Source of the DNA: Pecten maximus
Lineage: Eukaryota
Length of the DNA stretch: 64,000 nt
Assembly (NCBI RefSeq): GCF_902652985.1
Contig: NC_047021.1
Span: forward strand, 39,990,001 to 40,054,000
Reading direction: 5' to 3'
Shown here: piece by piece, positions 13,201 through 26,058 of the stretch
Layout: each line of letters begins with the position of its first letter
Numbering within the stretch: position 1 is the stretch's first letter
Position numbers and translations under genes: made by a program
Notes under the pieces: model-generated
Told to the model about the DNA's origin: nothing
What the model saw: only the letters and a program-made list of their open reading frames with translations
Databases searched by the model: none

Positions 13201-16050
13201 TTACCCCAGTAAAGGTCCTGTACCAGAGAATTGCATTACCAGTTAAGGTCCTAAACTGATCCTTTGCGGTATATCAAATTTATAAAATCACTGAAATGTA
13301 TCCATTTATGCATTATATTGTATTCCAACAAATATCATAATGATTTGAAATTTGACCTCTTGCTGTGACCTTTACGTTTAGGGCTATAAACCCAACGGTT
13401 TATTTGTGGGTCATTATTCAGCCATACTAATATCCATGTTTGAAGATTTACTATAGAATATATAATGTACCATAGTACTTGTAGGTCTAGAGTAACATAC
13501 CTTTAGTCAGTCACATTTGACTGGAAGGGACTGTTGATATAGATAACAAATAATCTAATGATTAAATGTTGGGTTTCAGATTTCAAAGCAGGGATTTTCC
13601 TACAGTAGAATCTTGGTCCATCAGAAGGACCCTTTCCCTAAAGAAAACTGAAAACTCCCAAACTAGAGGTCAATTTTTCAAGATTAAATATGCTTGATGT
13701 GAAAAGACCTCAGGCAATTTTGAATAGATAACAGATGTAAATACCAACTGAAATAAAAATTAATAAAGGTGAAATCTATTAAGAAGAACATGAATCGTTT
13801 GAATTTCACTTTCTTCTGTTTTCCCAATTTCACATTTTGTCACGTAAAAAATTCCCAATTTAATGAACCCTGGACAAAAAATTGTAGGAAAATCCCTGAA
13901 AAGTGAAAGTTATTTAAGATTCGGAATCTGAATATGTAAAATCTATAAACTCTGAACAGCAGTTTTACTCAAAGGAGACAATCTACATCTTAAGCTTGTT
14001 TAAATATTAATCTTGATTAGTTCATTTTCAATTCTTTATTCCTCTTGTTTATTGTTGACAGTGCATCTCTAGAGATTCTGGAGGATGGTGTTAAGCCTGA
14101 TGTTGTGATTGTCTGCTGTGGAGGAGGAGGGCTGGTGTCTGGTGTGGCTGCAACCTTTAAACTGTCTGGGCTTCCCAACTGTAGAGTGTATGCTGTGGAA
14201 CCAGAGGGGTGTAAGTTCAGAGGTTAAAGGTCAAATTATCTGGTCTGCCCAACTGCAGAGTGTATGCTATGGAACCAGAGGGTGTAAGTTCAGAGGTTAA
14301 AGGTCAAATTCTCTGGTCTATGCTGTGGAGACAGAGGGATGTAAGTTCAGAGGTAAAATTCTTTAAGTGGTCTTCTCAAATGTAGTGTATGCTGTGGAAC
14401 CAGAGGGGTGTAAGCTCAGAGATTAAAGGTCAAATTATCTGGTCGACCAGAAAGTGTAAGTTAAGAGGTTAAAGGTCAAATTCTCTGGTCTATGCTGTGG
14501 AAACAGAGGGTAGCAAGTTCAGAGGTCAAATTATCTGGTCTTGCCAACTGTAGTATATGTTGTGGAACCAGATAGATGGAAGTTCAGAGATTAAAGGTCA
14601 ACTAATCTTATCTTACCAACCATAGTATATACTGTGGAACCAGTAGGGTCAAATGCTCCAGTCTTCTCAAGTGTATTCCCTGGTATCTGATTTACTTTCC
14701 CCATGGGACATTAAGTTTAAGGACTGGATGACACAGTGGTAACACACTTGCCTTTCACCTTAGTCGTTAGGGTTTGATTCCTGAACGAACATGAAATGTG
14801 GATACATGCCAGACAACATGGATTTTCTTTAGACTCTAACAGTAAGACCCTTAATTTGCATGCTTCCAACTGGGCCGACAAAATTGATTGATAAAGTTGG
14901 TATAGTTTGTTTCACAATTGTTGTGAAATATATAAAGTTTACATACATTCAGTTAAAGGACTCTTTTGATATTCAGACAATGTTCATATCAAAATAAAGG
15001 GTTGATTATTTGTGGCTGAAGAATATATATAGATTCAAATCTAGCGGAAACAGATAACTACACAAGGTAGAAATACTCCATCAAAATTGAACTACACAGA
15101 ATACAATGACATCATCATATTGTGTGTACTTACAGCTCCTACCATGTATGAAAGTTTTAAGAAAGGTGAGGCTGTCACCATACCGACAGTAAAATCTGTA
15201 GCTGGAGGTCTCTCGCCGCCATTTGCAGGTATGTTCCATCCGACGGTTACTACCATTGTAAACTAAAAGCTACTTCATACCAAAACCTTTTTAACGGATG
15301 TCAGTTAAGGGGGATAACTCTATGAAAAAAATTGAAATTAGAAATTAATTGAAAGATGTTTTACAAGAGAACAAGGAATTGTAGTCCGAGCTATCTTGAT
15401 ATAGGGATATCTTCAAAGGGACATAACTCTCAGTGATAAAACATTGAAATGAAAGAAAACATCAGTTACACAAACAACCTCATGTACTGTTATCCTATAC
15501 ATGAAGTTGGAGTAAGTCAATTTTAAAATCTGCCAATCTTCAGACATGCAGAAACTCTGATTCATTTACGGGTTGTGAAGATGGAAGTTTGTCCGATTTT
15601 AAAACTAGCAGTACTCTTTTCTCTTACGGGGTTGTAAATTTCACAAGAAAAGGAGTACACTGCTAGTAAAAAATTGCAAGCCTTCCACTTTTTGAAATTA
15701 TAAAAGAGGGAAATTTTCCATTTATTGAATTTAATTGAATTTTTCTGTTCATTTTAACAACTTTGTGAATATGTTGTAGATATTATATCTTAAATCTTCG
15801 TTCAACAGGCAAACTGACGTACCAACACTGTAAAAGATTTGTGGAGGATGTTGTCTTGGTTACGGACAAAGAATTAATAGAGACCATGGCAATGTTTTAC
15901 AAGCGTGGATTGGTTGTAGAACCCTCCGGATGTGCTGCTATGGCTGCTCTTATCAACGGACACATTCCTGACGTAGCCGGGAAAAAGGTTGTGGTTTTCG
16001 TGACAGGAGGGAATGTCACGCCCGAAGAGATGGCAGTTCACCTCAAATAA
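4244..16050 (+). CDS. PLP-dependent serine/threonine dehydratase-like enzyme (serine racemase / threonine deaminase family, fold type II), 327 aa
   Basis: Exons 4244-4415, 5332-5528, [7327-7457 OR 10615-10745], 14062-14210, 15136-15228, 15809-16050. All introns are GT-AG with compatible phases; 984 nt in total. Motifs: LKLENMQTTGSFKIRG (PLP lysine), SAGNYG, CCGGGGL phosphate loop, AVEP, VVEPSG, VTGGN. There is no C-terminal ACT domain. Confidence 0.93.
4523..4594 (+). pseudogene. tRNA-Thr(AGT)-like sequence inside the 5' LTR
   Basis: A box tagcccaatcgg, anticodon arm tccgg-ctAGTgt-tcgga, B box ggttcgaac. Part of the TRIM, not a standalone tRNA gene. Confidence 0.7.
4749..4820 (+). pseudogene. 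tRNA-Thr(AGT)-like sequence inside the 3' LTR
   Basis: gaccagg-tagctcaatcggtagagc...ctAGTgt...ccggg-ttcgaat-cccgg-tctagcc. Intact Pol III A and B boxes. Confidence 0.7.
6257..7326. repeat. About 60-bp minisatellite ending at the exon 3a acceptor; the last units have poly-C expansions
   Basis: Unit ttacatctccccacctgtgatttacctgtcctaatggtgacacctctctctattcctcgg. The final unit supplies tctattccag|. Confidence 0.9.
7327..7457 (+). CDS. Alternative exon 3a of the dehydratase-like gene
   Basis: ccag|GGT...GGAAG|gtac, 131 nt, GCGVDVEQLPTSDLMLTVDKYVAEKGYTFLHSFDESNLIAGYG. Confidence 0.85.
7460..8615. repeat. 23-bp minisatellite that starts at the exon 3a donor and degenerates distally
   Basis: Unit ccacagaaactgaccactaacta. 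Homogeneous to about 7870, then diverged. Confidence 0.85.
8617..10603. repeat. 30/31-bp minisatellite ending just before the exon 3b acceptor
   Basis: Unit agatggtatacagtagatatttaccagtac. Confidence 0.95.
10615..10745 (+). CDS. Alternative exon 3b of the dehydratase-like gene
   Basis: ttcag|AGT...GGAAG|gtaa, 131 nt, SYGCHTEAVLTSELEATISVHLHSHGSLFFHPFDDLELIAGYG. Confidence 0.85.
10960..13250. repeat. 35/33-bp minisatellite
   Basis: Unit ccagagaattacattaccccagtaaaggtcctgta, with shorter gttacga/gtccga variants. Confidence 0.95.
13589..13898. mobile_element. MITE with 16-bp TIRs (hAT-like CAGGG termini)
   Basis: cagggattttcctaca ... tgtaggaaaatccctg. No clear TSD. Confidence 0.5.
14211..14645 (+). 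repeat. Degenerate tandem copies of the exon 4 3' end and donor site
   Basis: tatgctgtggaaccagaggggt|gtaagttcagagg is repeated. Donor-like gtaag occurs at 14284, 14341, 14410 and 14456. Confidence 0.8.
14722..14948 (+). mobile_element. Degenerate tRNA-derived SINE
   Basis: A-box-like gacacagtggtaa, B-box-like ggtttgattcc, body, and a (tac)a-type tail after taaag. Confidence 0.5.
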
Positions 16051-16467
16051 AGAAATCTGTATCGCCGTGAAGCTTGTAATTTTTAATTATGTGATGAAAA
16101 TCAATCCTTATCTGTGATTAACAAAATTTCCAATATTTTTTATATCATGTAATTATGTTTAATTATTATCTTCAAGTTCCTAACGGGAATTTCCGTCGTT
16201 TTCCAAGATGGCGGACATTGAGAATTGACGATCTTTTTTTCTGTAAAAAAATAATCGAAAATGTCTCTACCTGTATAATTTGCGCACCCCCAACTTAAAA
16301 CTTTATTTCAGTACAAAAAAACTGTGCAAATTACATTGCACTATAAGGTTTTAGTTCCATGATAATATATATATATTGGATCTTAAATGAGTTTTCATAT
16401 CATGAGATTTTATGAAACCATTCTTATAATTTTTTTTCTTCAATTTTTGCCAGTCTTGGAAAGTAAA

Positions 16468-16627
16468 TGTAACAGAGCGCAGGAATTATATAAATTTAAA
16501 TCACTGCCTCCGCTAGGGATCGAACCCGGGACCTCTGGCTTACTAGTCTCACGCTCAACCGATCGAGCTAAAGAGAAGATCTCTCTAGCCGAGCGGTATA
16601 TTGCGGCTAGTATTTACCAGGGTTACA
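16468..16627 (-). mobile_element. Solo LTR (160 bp) of a second tRNA-containing TRIM family
   Basis: TGTAAC...GTTACA termini; 4-bp TSD TAAA at 16464-16467 and 16628-16631. The minus strand carries tagctcgatcggttgagc...ctAGTaa...ggttcgatcc. Nested in a MITE-like inverted repeat (atgagattttatgaaac/gtttcataaaatctcat). Confidence 0.8.
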
Positions 16628-17415
16628 TAAATATGAAAACTTGGAGACAAGTTTCATAAAATCTCATACAAGATAATAACAAATTTAAGATACTTTTTAT
16701 CGCGTACCTTGGTTGGTCTATTACCAGATTAACAGTAAATACAATTCCAATCCCAAGTGTGAGTGAATGTGAGATATCCATATTTTCTAGAATGACTAAT
16801 CACTGTGCCTGGAATGGTACTGCTTTTCCACATAGAAATCCAGAGGTTTGTAAATATGCTTGATTGAAGAATTTGAAGTTGATTTGGTGCAATAATATTT
16901 TATGTGAATTAATCATGAATCTAATCAAGTAAGAATATTTTATAATGATGACATTAATGTTTTCCTGTGTTTTGTAGCAGAAAATGTTTAGAGAGTTGTG
17001 TTGACAATATATAAGAATTTTGTCAAAATACATTGTAATATATATTTTTTAACTCATTGTTATTGATTTAATTAAAAGTGTTGATCCGCTTAATTTTGAT
17101 GTGTTGAAATACTAAACCATTGGGTTCTTTGCTTAACAATGTATTATTGATAAGTTCGTGTTTGTTTGGTCATATCTTCTTGAACGCCTTACACTTTACA
17201 AATGTCAATCATACACTTGTTAAAATGCCTAATAAAACATGGAAATGTGATTCAGTCTCTTGCATTTATTAAGAAAATATCCTACTCAAAATATGTTTTC
17301 ATTGCTTTCAACTACACTACACTCTGTGCACACTCTGGTTCTCCTACTCGAACTTCCTGGCTGCCAGGAGGGAAAGACGAAATACAGGAATCGGGCTCTC
17401 CTCACTGGAAGCAAT

Positions 17416-17544
17416 TGTAGCGGGACTGGACTGGGTCGATCATCGGTGACCAGGTAGCTCAATTGGTAGAGCATCTGGCCAGTGTTCGGAGGTCTCGGGT
17501 TCAAACCCCAGTCGGGCTGCTACATTTTCTCCTCTCCTGTTACA
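17416..17544 (+). mobile_element. Solo LTR related to the 4491-4843 TRIM
   Basis: tgtagcgggactgg...ctcctgttaca with an internal tRNA-like sequence. 4-bp TSD CAAT at 17412-17415 and 17545-17548. Confidence 0.85.
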
Positions 17545-17664
17545 CAATAAATGACTTCAAAATAAGGAAGACTTTGTCTCACACCAATAGGTATGGCTTA
17601 TATGATGGCAGCTAGACCTGCAAATTTGCATTTAGATTGTGATTGAAAAATGGCCCTGGTATAC

Positions 17665-17841
17665 ATTGAAAACCTAAATTATCAAAATCAATAAATTTAA
17701 AATTACAAGGCTGGTTAATTCATTTCTTCATCCTCCATTGGGACTGGCCTAATCATTGAAAACCTAAATTACTGAAATTAATAAATTTAAAATTACAAGG
17801 CTGGTTGATTCACTTCTTCATCCTCCATTGGGACTGGCCTA
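17665..17841. repeat. About 90-bp direct duplication
   Basis: attgaaaacctaaatta...tccattgggactggccta occurs twice. Confidence 0.75.
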
Positions 17842-18358
17842 AGAGTGAGACTTTTATGGAGAGTACACATACAACAACATTTATACTTAATTGAAATAAA
17901 ATAGCAATTTATTTACATGATACAAATTTATTACAAATTCAATACAATGCTTGGTAACAAAATTAAAAAAAATATATATGCAACCTTTAAAAATTCAGCT
18001 AAGCTGTATTTATAGAATTAATGATAGTTATAAACTGGTAGATACTAGTTTATTACGAACCATTAATTCAGGAGTATTACAAGATAAAAATTTCCAAAAT
18101 TAATATAAATACACTGTTTAGTTGTTAAATATCACGGGTATAATATTTTGCGGCTGCCCCAGTCTGACCTAATTTGAAGCTGATAGATTTCGCACAACTA
18201 CACCTTGTAAATATTTTGCAGTAAACTTTACAATTCTATACATGTTTAAGTATATAAAGCTGCAAATTTATTTTTGTCCTATATTTAAAGACCACCAATA
18301 TCGAAATTAAATCCCCCACAAATTTTACCAACTATACAGTATATTGAAATCTATAAAA

Positions 18359-20502
18359 AACAAGAGATCCCAGAGGGATCTTGGCGCCCACCATTGAATG
18401 ATCTTTATAGGTTCCATGTCAGATTGATCTTTTCTCTACTTTTCCCTTCCTCTAAGTCTTACTAATCTGTGTAAATTCAGAAACAGCCCTCTAGTACTTT
18501 TCAAACAAGGGTAACCTATATATAAAATTTAAGATTTGGCGATAATGGCTGTCTGTTGTTTTCGGATTGGTCCCAAAATGCAACACCAGGGACCAAGGGG
18601 AACCTACATATGAAATTTCAGAAAGATCCCTTCAGTACCTTCTGTAAAATAGCGATAACAAACTTCAATTGTCAAAATACAAGATGGCTGCCTGTCGGGC
18701 AGGTTGTTTTCTGACTGGTCTCAAAATGCAATATGCATAACTAGGCACTGAGGGCAATCTACAAATGAAATTTCAGAAAGATCCCTTCAGCAATTTCTGA
18801 GAAATAGCGATAACAAACTTCAATTGTCAAAATCCAAGATGGCTGCCTGGCGGCCATGTTGTTTTCCGCCGATAGGTCTCAGAATGCAATATGCATAACT
18901 AGGCACCAAGGGGAACCTACATATGAAATTTGAGAAAGATCCCTTCAGTACTTTCTCAGAAATAGCGATAACAATCTTAAATTGTCAAAATCCAAGATGG
19001 CTACCTGTCGGCCATGTTGTCTTCAGATTGGTCTCAAAATGCAATATGCATAACTAGGCACCAAGGGGAATCTACATATGAAATTTGAGAAAGATCCGTT
19101 CAGTACTTTCTCAGAAATAGCGATAACAAACTTCAATTATCAAAATCCAAGATGGCTGCCTGTCGGCCATGTTGTCTTCCGATTGGTCTCAAAATGCAAT
19201 ATGCATAACTAAGTACCAAGGGGAGCCTACATATGCAATCTGAGAAAGATCCCTTCAGTGCTTTCTCAGAAATAGCGATAACAAACTTCAATTATCAAAA
19301 TCCAAGATGGCTGCCTGTCGGCCATGTTGTTTTCCGATAGGTCTCAGAATGCAATATGCATAACTAGGCACCAAGTGGAACCTACATATGAAATTTGAGA
19401 AAGATCCCTTTAGTACTTTCTCAGAAATAGCGATAACAATCTTAAATTGTCAAAATCCAAGATGGTTGCCTGTCGGCCATGTTGTCTTCCGATTGGTCTC
19501 AAAATGCAATATGCATAACTAAGTACCAAGGGGAGTCTACATATGAAATCTGAGAAAGATCCCTTCAGTACTTTCTCAGAAATAGCGATAACAAACTTCA
19601 ATTATCAAAATCCAAGATGGCTGCCTGTCGGCCATGTTGTTTTCCGATAGGTCTCAGAATGCAATATGCATAACTAGGCACCAAGTGGAACCTACATATG
19701 AAATTTGAGAAAGATCCCTTTAGTACTTTCTCAGAAATAGCGATAACAATCTTAAATTGTCAAAATCCAAGATGGTTGCCTGTCGGCCATGTTGTCTTCC
19801 GATTGGTCTCAAAATGCAATATGCATAACTAGGCACCAAGGGGAACCTACATATGAAATTTGAGAAAGATCCCTTTAGTGCTTTCTCAGAAATAGCGATA
19901 ACAAACTTCAATTATCAAAATCCAAGATGGCTGCCTGTCGGCCATGTTGTCTTCCGATTGGTCTCAAAATGCAATATGCATAACTAAGTACCAAGGGGAG
20001 CCTACATATGAAATCTGAGAAAGATCCCTTCAGTACTTTCTCAGAAATAGCGATAACAAACTTCAATTATCAAAATCCAAGATGGCTGCCTGGCGGCCAT
20101 GTTGTTTTCCGATTGGTCTCAAAATGCAATATGCATAACTAGGCACCAAGTGGAACCTACATATGAAATTTGAGAAAGATCCCTTCAGTACTTTCTGAAA
20201 AATAGCGATAACAAACTTCAATTATCAAAATCCAAGATGGCTGCCTGTCGGCCATGTTGTTTTCCGATTGGTCTCAAAATGCAATATGCATAACTAGGCA
20301 CCAAGGGGAACCCACATATGAAATTTGAGAAAGATCCCTTCAGTACTTTCGGAGGATTAGCGATAACAAGAATTGTTTACGGACGGACGGACGGAGGGAC
20401 GGACGGACGGAGGGACGGACGGACGGAGGGACGGACCACGGACCACGGACGCAGGGCGATTTGAATAGCCCACCATCTGATGATGGTGGGATGGTGGGCT
20501 AA
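18359..20502 (-). mobile_element. Non-autonomous Helentron (HINE)-like element carrying a 155-bp satellite array
   Basis: On the minus strand: T-run, agcccaccatc hairpin/subTIR, (TCCG)n microsatellite at about 20380-20450, about 11-12 units of 155 bp (caagatggctgcctg recurs at about 155-bp intervals), ggtgggcg subTIR, then a terminal gatcc/ggatc palindrome and cttgtt. Confidence 0.85.
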
Positions 20503-21747
20503 AAAAACAGGTCTTGAAAAATGATAATTTTCCTAACAAAAAATCTGATATATGATATGGCTTTCTGCTTAATATGTGTATCTGCGGTTAATGATCAACT
20601 GAAAGACAAAAATGCATTTTTTTGATTCTATGGCTGAGAGAAATATGCATTTAGCTTACATCTTAAATGCCATGTTTTAGTACAATTCAATATTTATAGC
20701 TGATTAAAACCATTTTATTCAATGTTTTTCGTACATAAACAATGCAAAATGATTATGATATTTATCTGCAAATAAGGCCCAACCCTTCTTCATTTTTGCA
20801 GAATCGTAAATTTTTAAATGATAGCTAACTGTGGTTCGTAAATAAGCCCTCCCCAAATCATAATACAGTAAAAATATCTGACCCTAATGGAGAGTGCTTA
20901 TTTGAGGATAAATACGGTATAGGCACTATTATAAACACAAATTGTCTTCTCCCAAAAGAGGAAATATCTGAAAATGTTTCAACCTGTAAGATTTAAATAC
21001 AGTGGACCCTCGATAATCCAGACACCTTCATTCCCAGCCCAAACCATCCAGATTACAAGTTTTCCGGACTGCCTAATTTCGCCGACTTTATAAATAGATC
21101 TGTCCCGAAAGAGTTATTTCCCTTGATTATGTACACTTGAAAACATTTAATTGACACTTCATTTATAGTTTGGGAAATTTTTCATGAACATATATATACA
21201 TATGTTAAAAAATGCATGTTTGAACCAATCGCTGATTCAAACTGACCAGAGGTTTACTGTATTTAATAATTATATAAGCTCATCAAAATACAGCATAACA
21301 CAAAACACAATGAAACTGTTTAACATACTTGTAACTAAGTCAGTCATAGGTAAGCACCATCACTTGATATGATTATAATAGGACAAGGATGGTAAGAACC
21401 ATCAATCATTACACAATTCTCTTTAATATGAATCCTGTAATCACAATTTTTTCTCTGTATATAATTTAATTTTGCTTGTAACAAGTATTTTCATTGGCTC
21501 AAAAAGTTATGTTATCATCTCATAACATAAATAATGACTGTGACGTCAGCGGAGTAATTGTTGTTCATGGGATTTTGTATTTATTGATGTGTTTTTAAAT
21601 ATCTGGAGCAAAATAAACATGTTAAACTTAATGAAAATGTTTCTTATCGTTGTTAATTAAATTATAAGGGTTAACTGCAATATTTTTTTTACGTTATTGA
21701 GCAATAACACAAAAAACTGGGGTGTACTCTTTTCATAAACCGCTTAG

Positions 21748-23258
21748 CAAAGCTAGGTCATTCCTGTAACAGTAGACAAAGCTCGTTCATTCCTGTAACA
21801 GTAGACAAAGCTGGTTCATTCCTGTAGCATTAGACAAAGCTGGTTCATTCCTTTATCAGTAGACAAAACTCGGTCATTCCTGTATCAGTAGACAAAGCTA
21901 GGTCATTCCTGTAACAGTAGACAAAACTCGGTCATTCCTTTAACAGTAGACAAAGCTAGGTGATTCCTGTAACAGTAGACAAAGCTAGGTGATTCCTGTA
22001 ACAGTAGACAAAGCTAGGTCATTCCTGTATCAGTAGACAAAGCTAGGTCATTCCTGTAACAGTAGACAAAGCTCGGTCATTCCTGTAACAGAAGACAAAG
22101 CTAGGTCATTCCTGTATCAGTAGACAAAGCTCGGTCATTCCTGTATCAGTAGACAAAGCTAGGTCATTCCTGTATCAGTAGACAAAGCTAGGTAATTCCT
22201 GTAACAGTAGACAAAGCTCGTTCATTCCTGTAACAGTAGACAAAGCTCGTTCATTCCTGTAACAGTAGACAAAGCTCGTTCATTCCTGTAACAGTAGATA
22301 AAGCTTGGTCATTCCTGTAACAGTAGACAAAGCTAGGTCATTCCTGTAGCATTAGACAAAGCTCGTTCATTCCTGTACCAGTAGACAAAGCTAGGTCATT
22401 CCTGTATCAGTAGACAAAGCTCGGTCATTCCTGTAACAGTAGACAAAGCTATGTCATTCCTGTAGCAGTAGACAAAGCTCGGTCATTCCTGTAGCAGTAG
22501 ACAAAGCTCGGTCATTCCTGTAACAGTAGACAAAACTCCGTCATTCCTGTAGCAGTAGACAAAACTAGGTATTTCCTGTAACAGTAGACAAAGCTCGTTC
22601 ATTCCTGTAACAGAAGACAAAGCTAGGTCATTCCTGTAACAGTAGACAAAACTCAGTCATTCCTGTAACAATAGACAAAGCTAGGTCATTCCTGTAACAG
22701 TAGACAAAGCTTTGTCATTCCTGTATCAGTAGACAAAGCTCGGTCATTCCTGTAACAGTAGACAAAGCTAGGTCATTCCTGTATCAATAGACAAAGCTGG
22801 GTCATTCTAGTATCAGTAGACAAAGCTCGGTCATTCCTGTATCAGTAGACAAAGCTAGGTCATTCCTGTAGCAGTAGACAAAGCTAGGTGATTCCTGTAA
22901 CAGTAGACAAAGCTTGGTAATTCCTGTAACAGTAGACAAAGCTCAGTCATTCCTGTTGCAGTAGACAAAGCTAGGTCATTCCTGTAACAGTAGACAAAGC
23001 TCGGTCATTCCTGTATCAGTAGACAAAGCTCGGTCATTCCTGTAACAGTAGACAAAACTCGGTCATTCCTGTACCAGTAGACAAAGCTAGATCATTCCTG
23101 TAGCAGTAGACAAAGCTCGGTCATTCCTGTAACAGTAGACAAAGCTAAGTCATTCCTGTACCAGTAGACAAAGCTAGGTCATTCCTGTAGCAGTAGACAA
23201 AGCTCGGTCATTCCTGTAGCATTAGACAAAACTAGATCATTCCTGTATCAGTTGACAA
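21748..23258. repeat. 29-bp minisatellite
   Basis: Unit gacaaagctaggtcattcctgtaacagta. Confidence 0.95.
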
Positions 23259-24039
23259 ACACATTTTCAGAAATAACACATTCTCAATTAAAATGCCAAG
23301 AAGATCAGTGATGCTGCATATGAAGGACTTAAAGAAAGGAATAATAAGAGAAAGGAAGTGTTAAATTGTACAAGACGCAATGGTAAGAAACATTTAGGAA
23401 CAAAACATTGACTCCCCTCATTAGCCAGTCTCATTTGCTGTTCTGATAGTGACAGTTTTCTTCAAAATTGTGTTGTTCATCGAGCTTATGGTGTGATGGC
23501 ATTAAGCTTCAAATGTGATGGAGATTTGTGGCATCAAGCTTTTGATGTGTAATGGACATTTGTGGCTATAGTGATTTCGGATAACATGTTTATGATTATC
23601 TTGAATACATCAGTCATACATTTGTCATCTAATTATATCTTTTCTTCGTTTCTGTCACCGTTGAAATGTTTTCAATTCATTTTGACCGATGATAAACATT
23701 TCTATTCAAACACTACAGAATAATGAGCAGATTAGGTCATTTGTACATGTTACAATGTTATATAAGTTAAAATATGGTAAAATATATTATTAAAATCAAA
23801 TTTAATACAAATGGCATTTTAATATTTTAAACATGCATTTATGTGTTCCTATGGCACATTCATTTTACATGGATGGCTTTGATTTCATTTAAAAAAAAAA
23901 AAATCTGATTCTCCCTACTCATGCCATCCCTAGAGATAGACTTGCACAAGTTTGTAGGTAAAACAGAATTCAAGACATGGCCTGGACAAAGCAGGGTTGA
24001 CTAAGGGCCATACATCTGTTTATATTTGGAATGTATCAA

Positions 24040-25660
24040 GATTGCCATCCCAGGACATACTGACGTTGCCATTACAGGACGTACTGACATTGTCATCCCA
24101 GGATGTACTGACGTTGCCATCCCAGGACGTACTGACATTGTCATCCCAGGACGTACTGACATTGTCATCCCATGATGTACTGACATTGTCATCCCAGGAT
24201 GTACTGACATTGTCATCCCAGGATGTACTGACATTGTCATCCCAGGATGTGCTGACATTGTCATCCCAGGATGTGCTGACATTGTCATCCCAGGATGTAC
24301 TGACATTGTCATTCCAGAATGTACTGACATTGTCATCCCAGGACGTACTGACATTGTCATCCCAGGATGTACTGACATTGTCATCCCAGGATGTACTGAC
24401 ATTGTCATCCCAGGATGTACTGACATTGTCATCCCAGGATGTACTGACATTGTCATCCCAGGATGTACTGACATTGTCATCCCAGGATGTACTGACATTG
24501 TCATCCCAGGATGTACTGACATTGTCATCCCAGGACGTACTGACATTGTCATCCCAGGACGTACTGACATTGTCATTCGAGGACATACTGACATTGTTAT
24601 CCCAGGACATACTGACATTGTCATTCCAGGACATACTGACATTGTCATCCCTGGATGTACTGACATTGTCATCCCAGAACGTACTGACATTGTCATTCGA
24701 GGACATACTGACATTGTTATCCCAGGACATACTGACATTGTCATTCCAGGACATACTGACATTGTCATCCCATGATGTACTGACATTGTCATTCGAGGAC
24801 ATACTGACATTGTCATCCCAGGTCATACTGACATTGTCATCCCAGGATGTACTGACATTGTCATCCCAGGACGTACTGACATTGTCATTCGAGGATGTAC
24901 TGACATTGTCATCCCAGGATGTACTGACATTGTCATCCCAGGATGTAATGACATTGTCATCCCAGGATGTACTGACATTGTCATCCCAGGATGTACTGAC
25001 ATTGTCATCCCAGGATGTACTGACATTGTCATCCCAGGATGTACTGACATTGTCATCCCAGGATGTACTGACATTGTCATCCCAGGATGTACTGACATTG
25101 TCATCCCAGGATGTAATGACATTGTCATCCCAGGATGTACTGACATTGTCATCCCAGGATGTACTGACATTGTCATTCCAGGACATACTGACATTGTCAT
25201 CCCTGGATGTACTGACATTGTCACCCTGCAATGTTTAGACATCCGAGGATGTAATGACATTGTCATTCCAGGACATACTGACATTGTCATCCCAGGATGT
25301 ACTGACATTGTCATCCCAGGATGTACTGACATTGTCATCCCAGGATGTACTGACATTGTCATCCCAGGATGTACTGACATTGTCATCCCAGGATGTACTG
25401 ACATTGTCATCACAGGACATACTGACATTGTCATCCCTGGATGTACTGCCATTGTCATCCCCGGACATACTGACATTGTCATCCCAGGATGTACTGACAT
25501 TGTCATCACAGGACATACTGACATTGTCATTCGAGGACATACTGACATTGTCATCCCAGGACGTACTGACATTGTCATTCGAGGACATACTGACATTGTC
25601 ATCCCTGGATGTACTGACATTGTCACCCTGCAATGTTTAGACATCCGAGGATGTAATGAC
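24040..25660. repeat. 24-bp minisatellite
   Basis: Unit acattgtcatcccaggatgtactg. It generates the spurious (SSQDVLTL)n and (STSWDDNV)n ORFs. Confidence 0.95.
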
Positions 25661-26058
25661 ATGCAAGATAGGTCAATGATATACCAGTATATAGTATAAT
25701 GGTCGAGACAATTCAATGTACAGACAGAGAAGACCAGTCCCCTTAGGTGGTACATACACTAGCAAGGTCTTCACACACAAATAGTTCACAATTATCACAG
25801 ACTCATTATCACAGACATTTTATCCTCCAGGTGTCGCCTCACATCATCAAAAAATACGGAAATATCTGTCAATACACAAACATTTGCCTTTCTGATTTCT
25901 GTGGTCACAGTTGTGGATTAAAATTTCACTTTCATTCATCCTATCATGAAACCAATGGATTCTTCTACCACAGCTGTCGTCCTGTGATCAAAGGGGTGGA
26001 TTCTGATGTCACAGTTTTCATTTCATGATTGAACTAGTGGATATTTGTGCCACTTTTT

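Noticed and set aside
8617-13250. CRISPR-like regular 30-35-bp repeats (also at 21748-23258, 34242-35988 and 61880-63325)
   Set aside because: Units are head-to-tail with no unique spacers, no cas genes, and a eukaryotic context.
23997-25755. Long ORFs of 270-413 aa on both strands (SSQDVLTL, STSWDDNV and MTMSVHPG repeats)
   Set aside because: By-products of a 24-bp minisatellite that is open in several frames. There is no unique coding flank or splice support.
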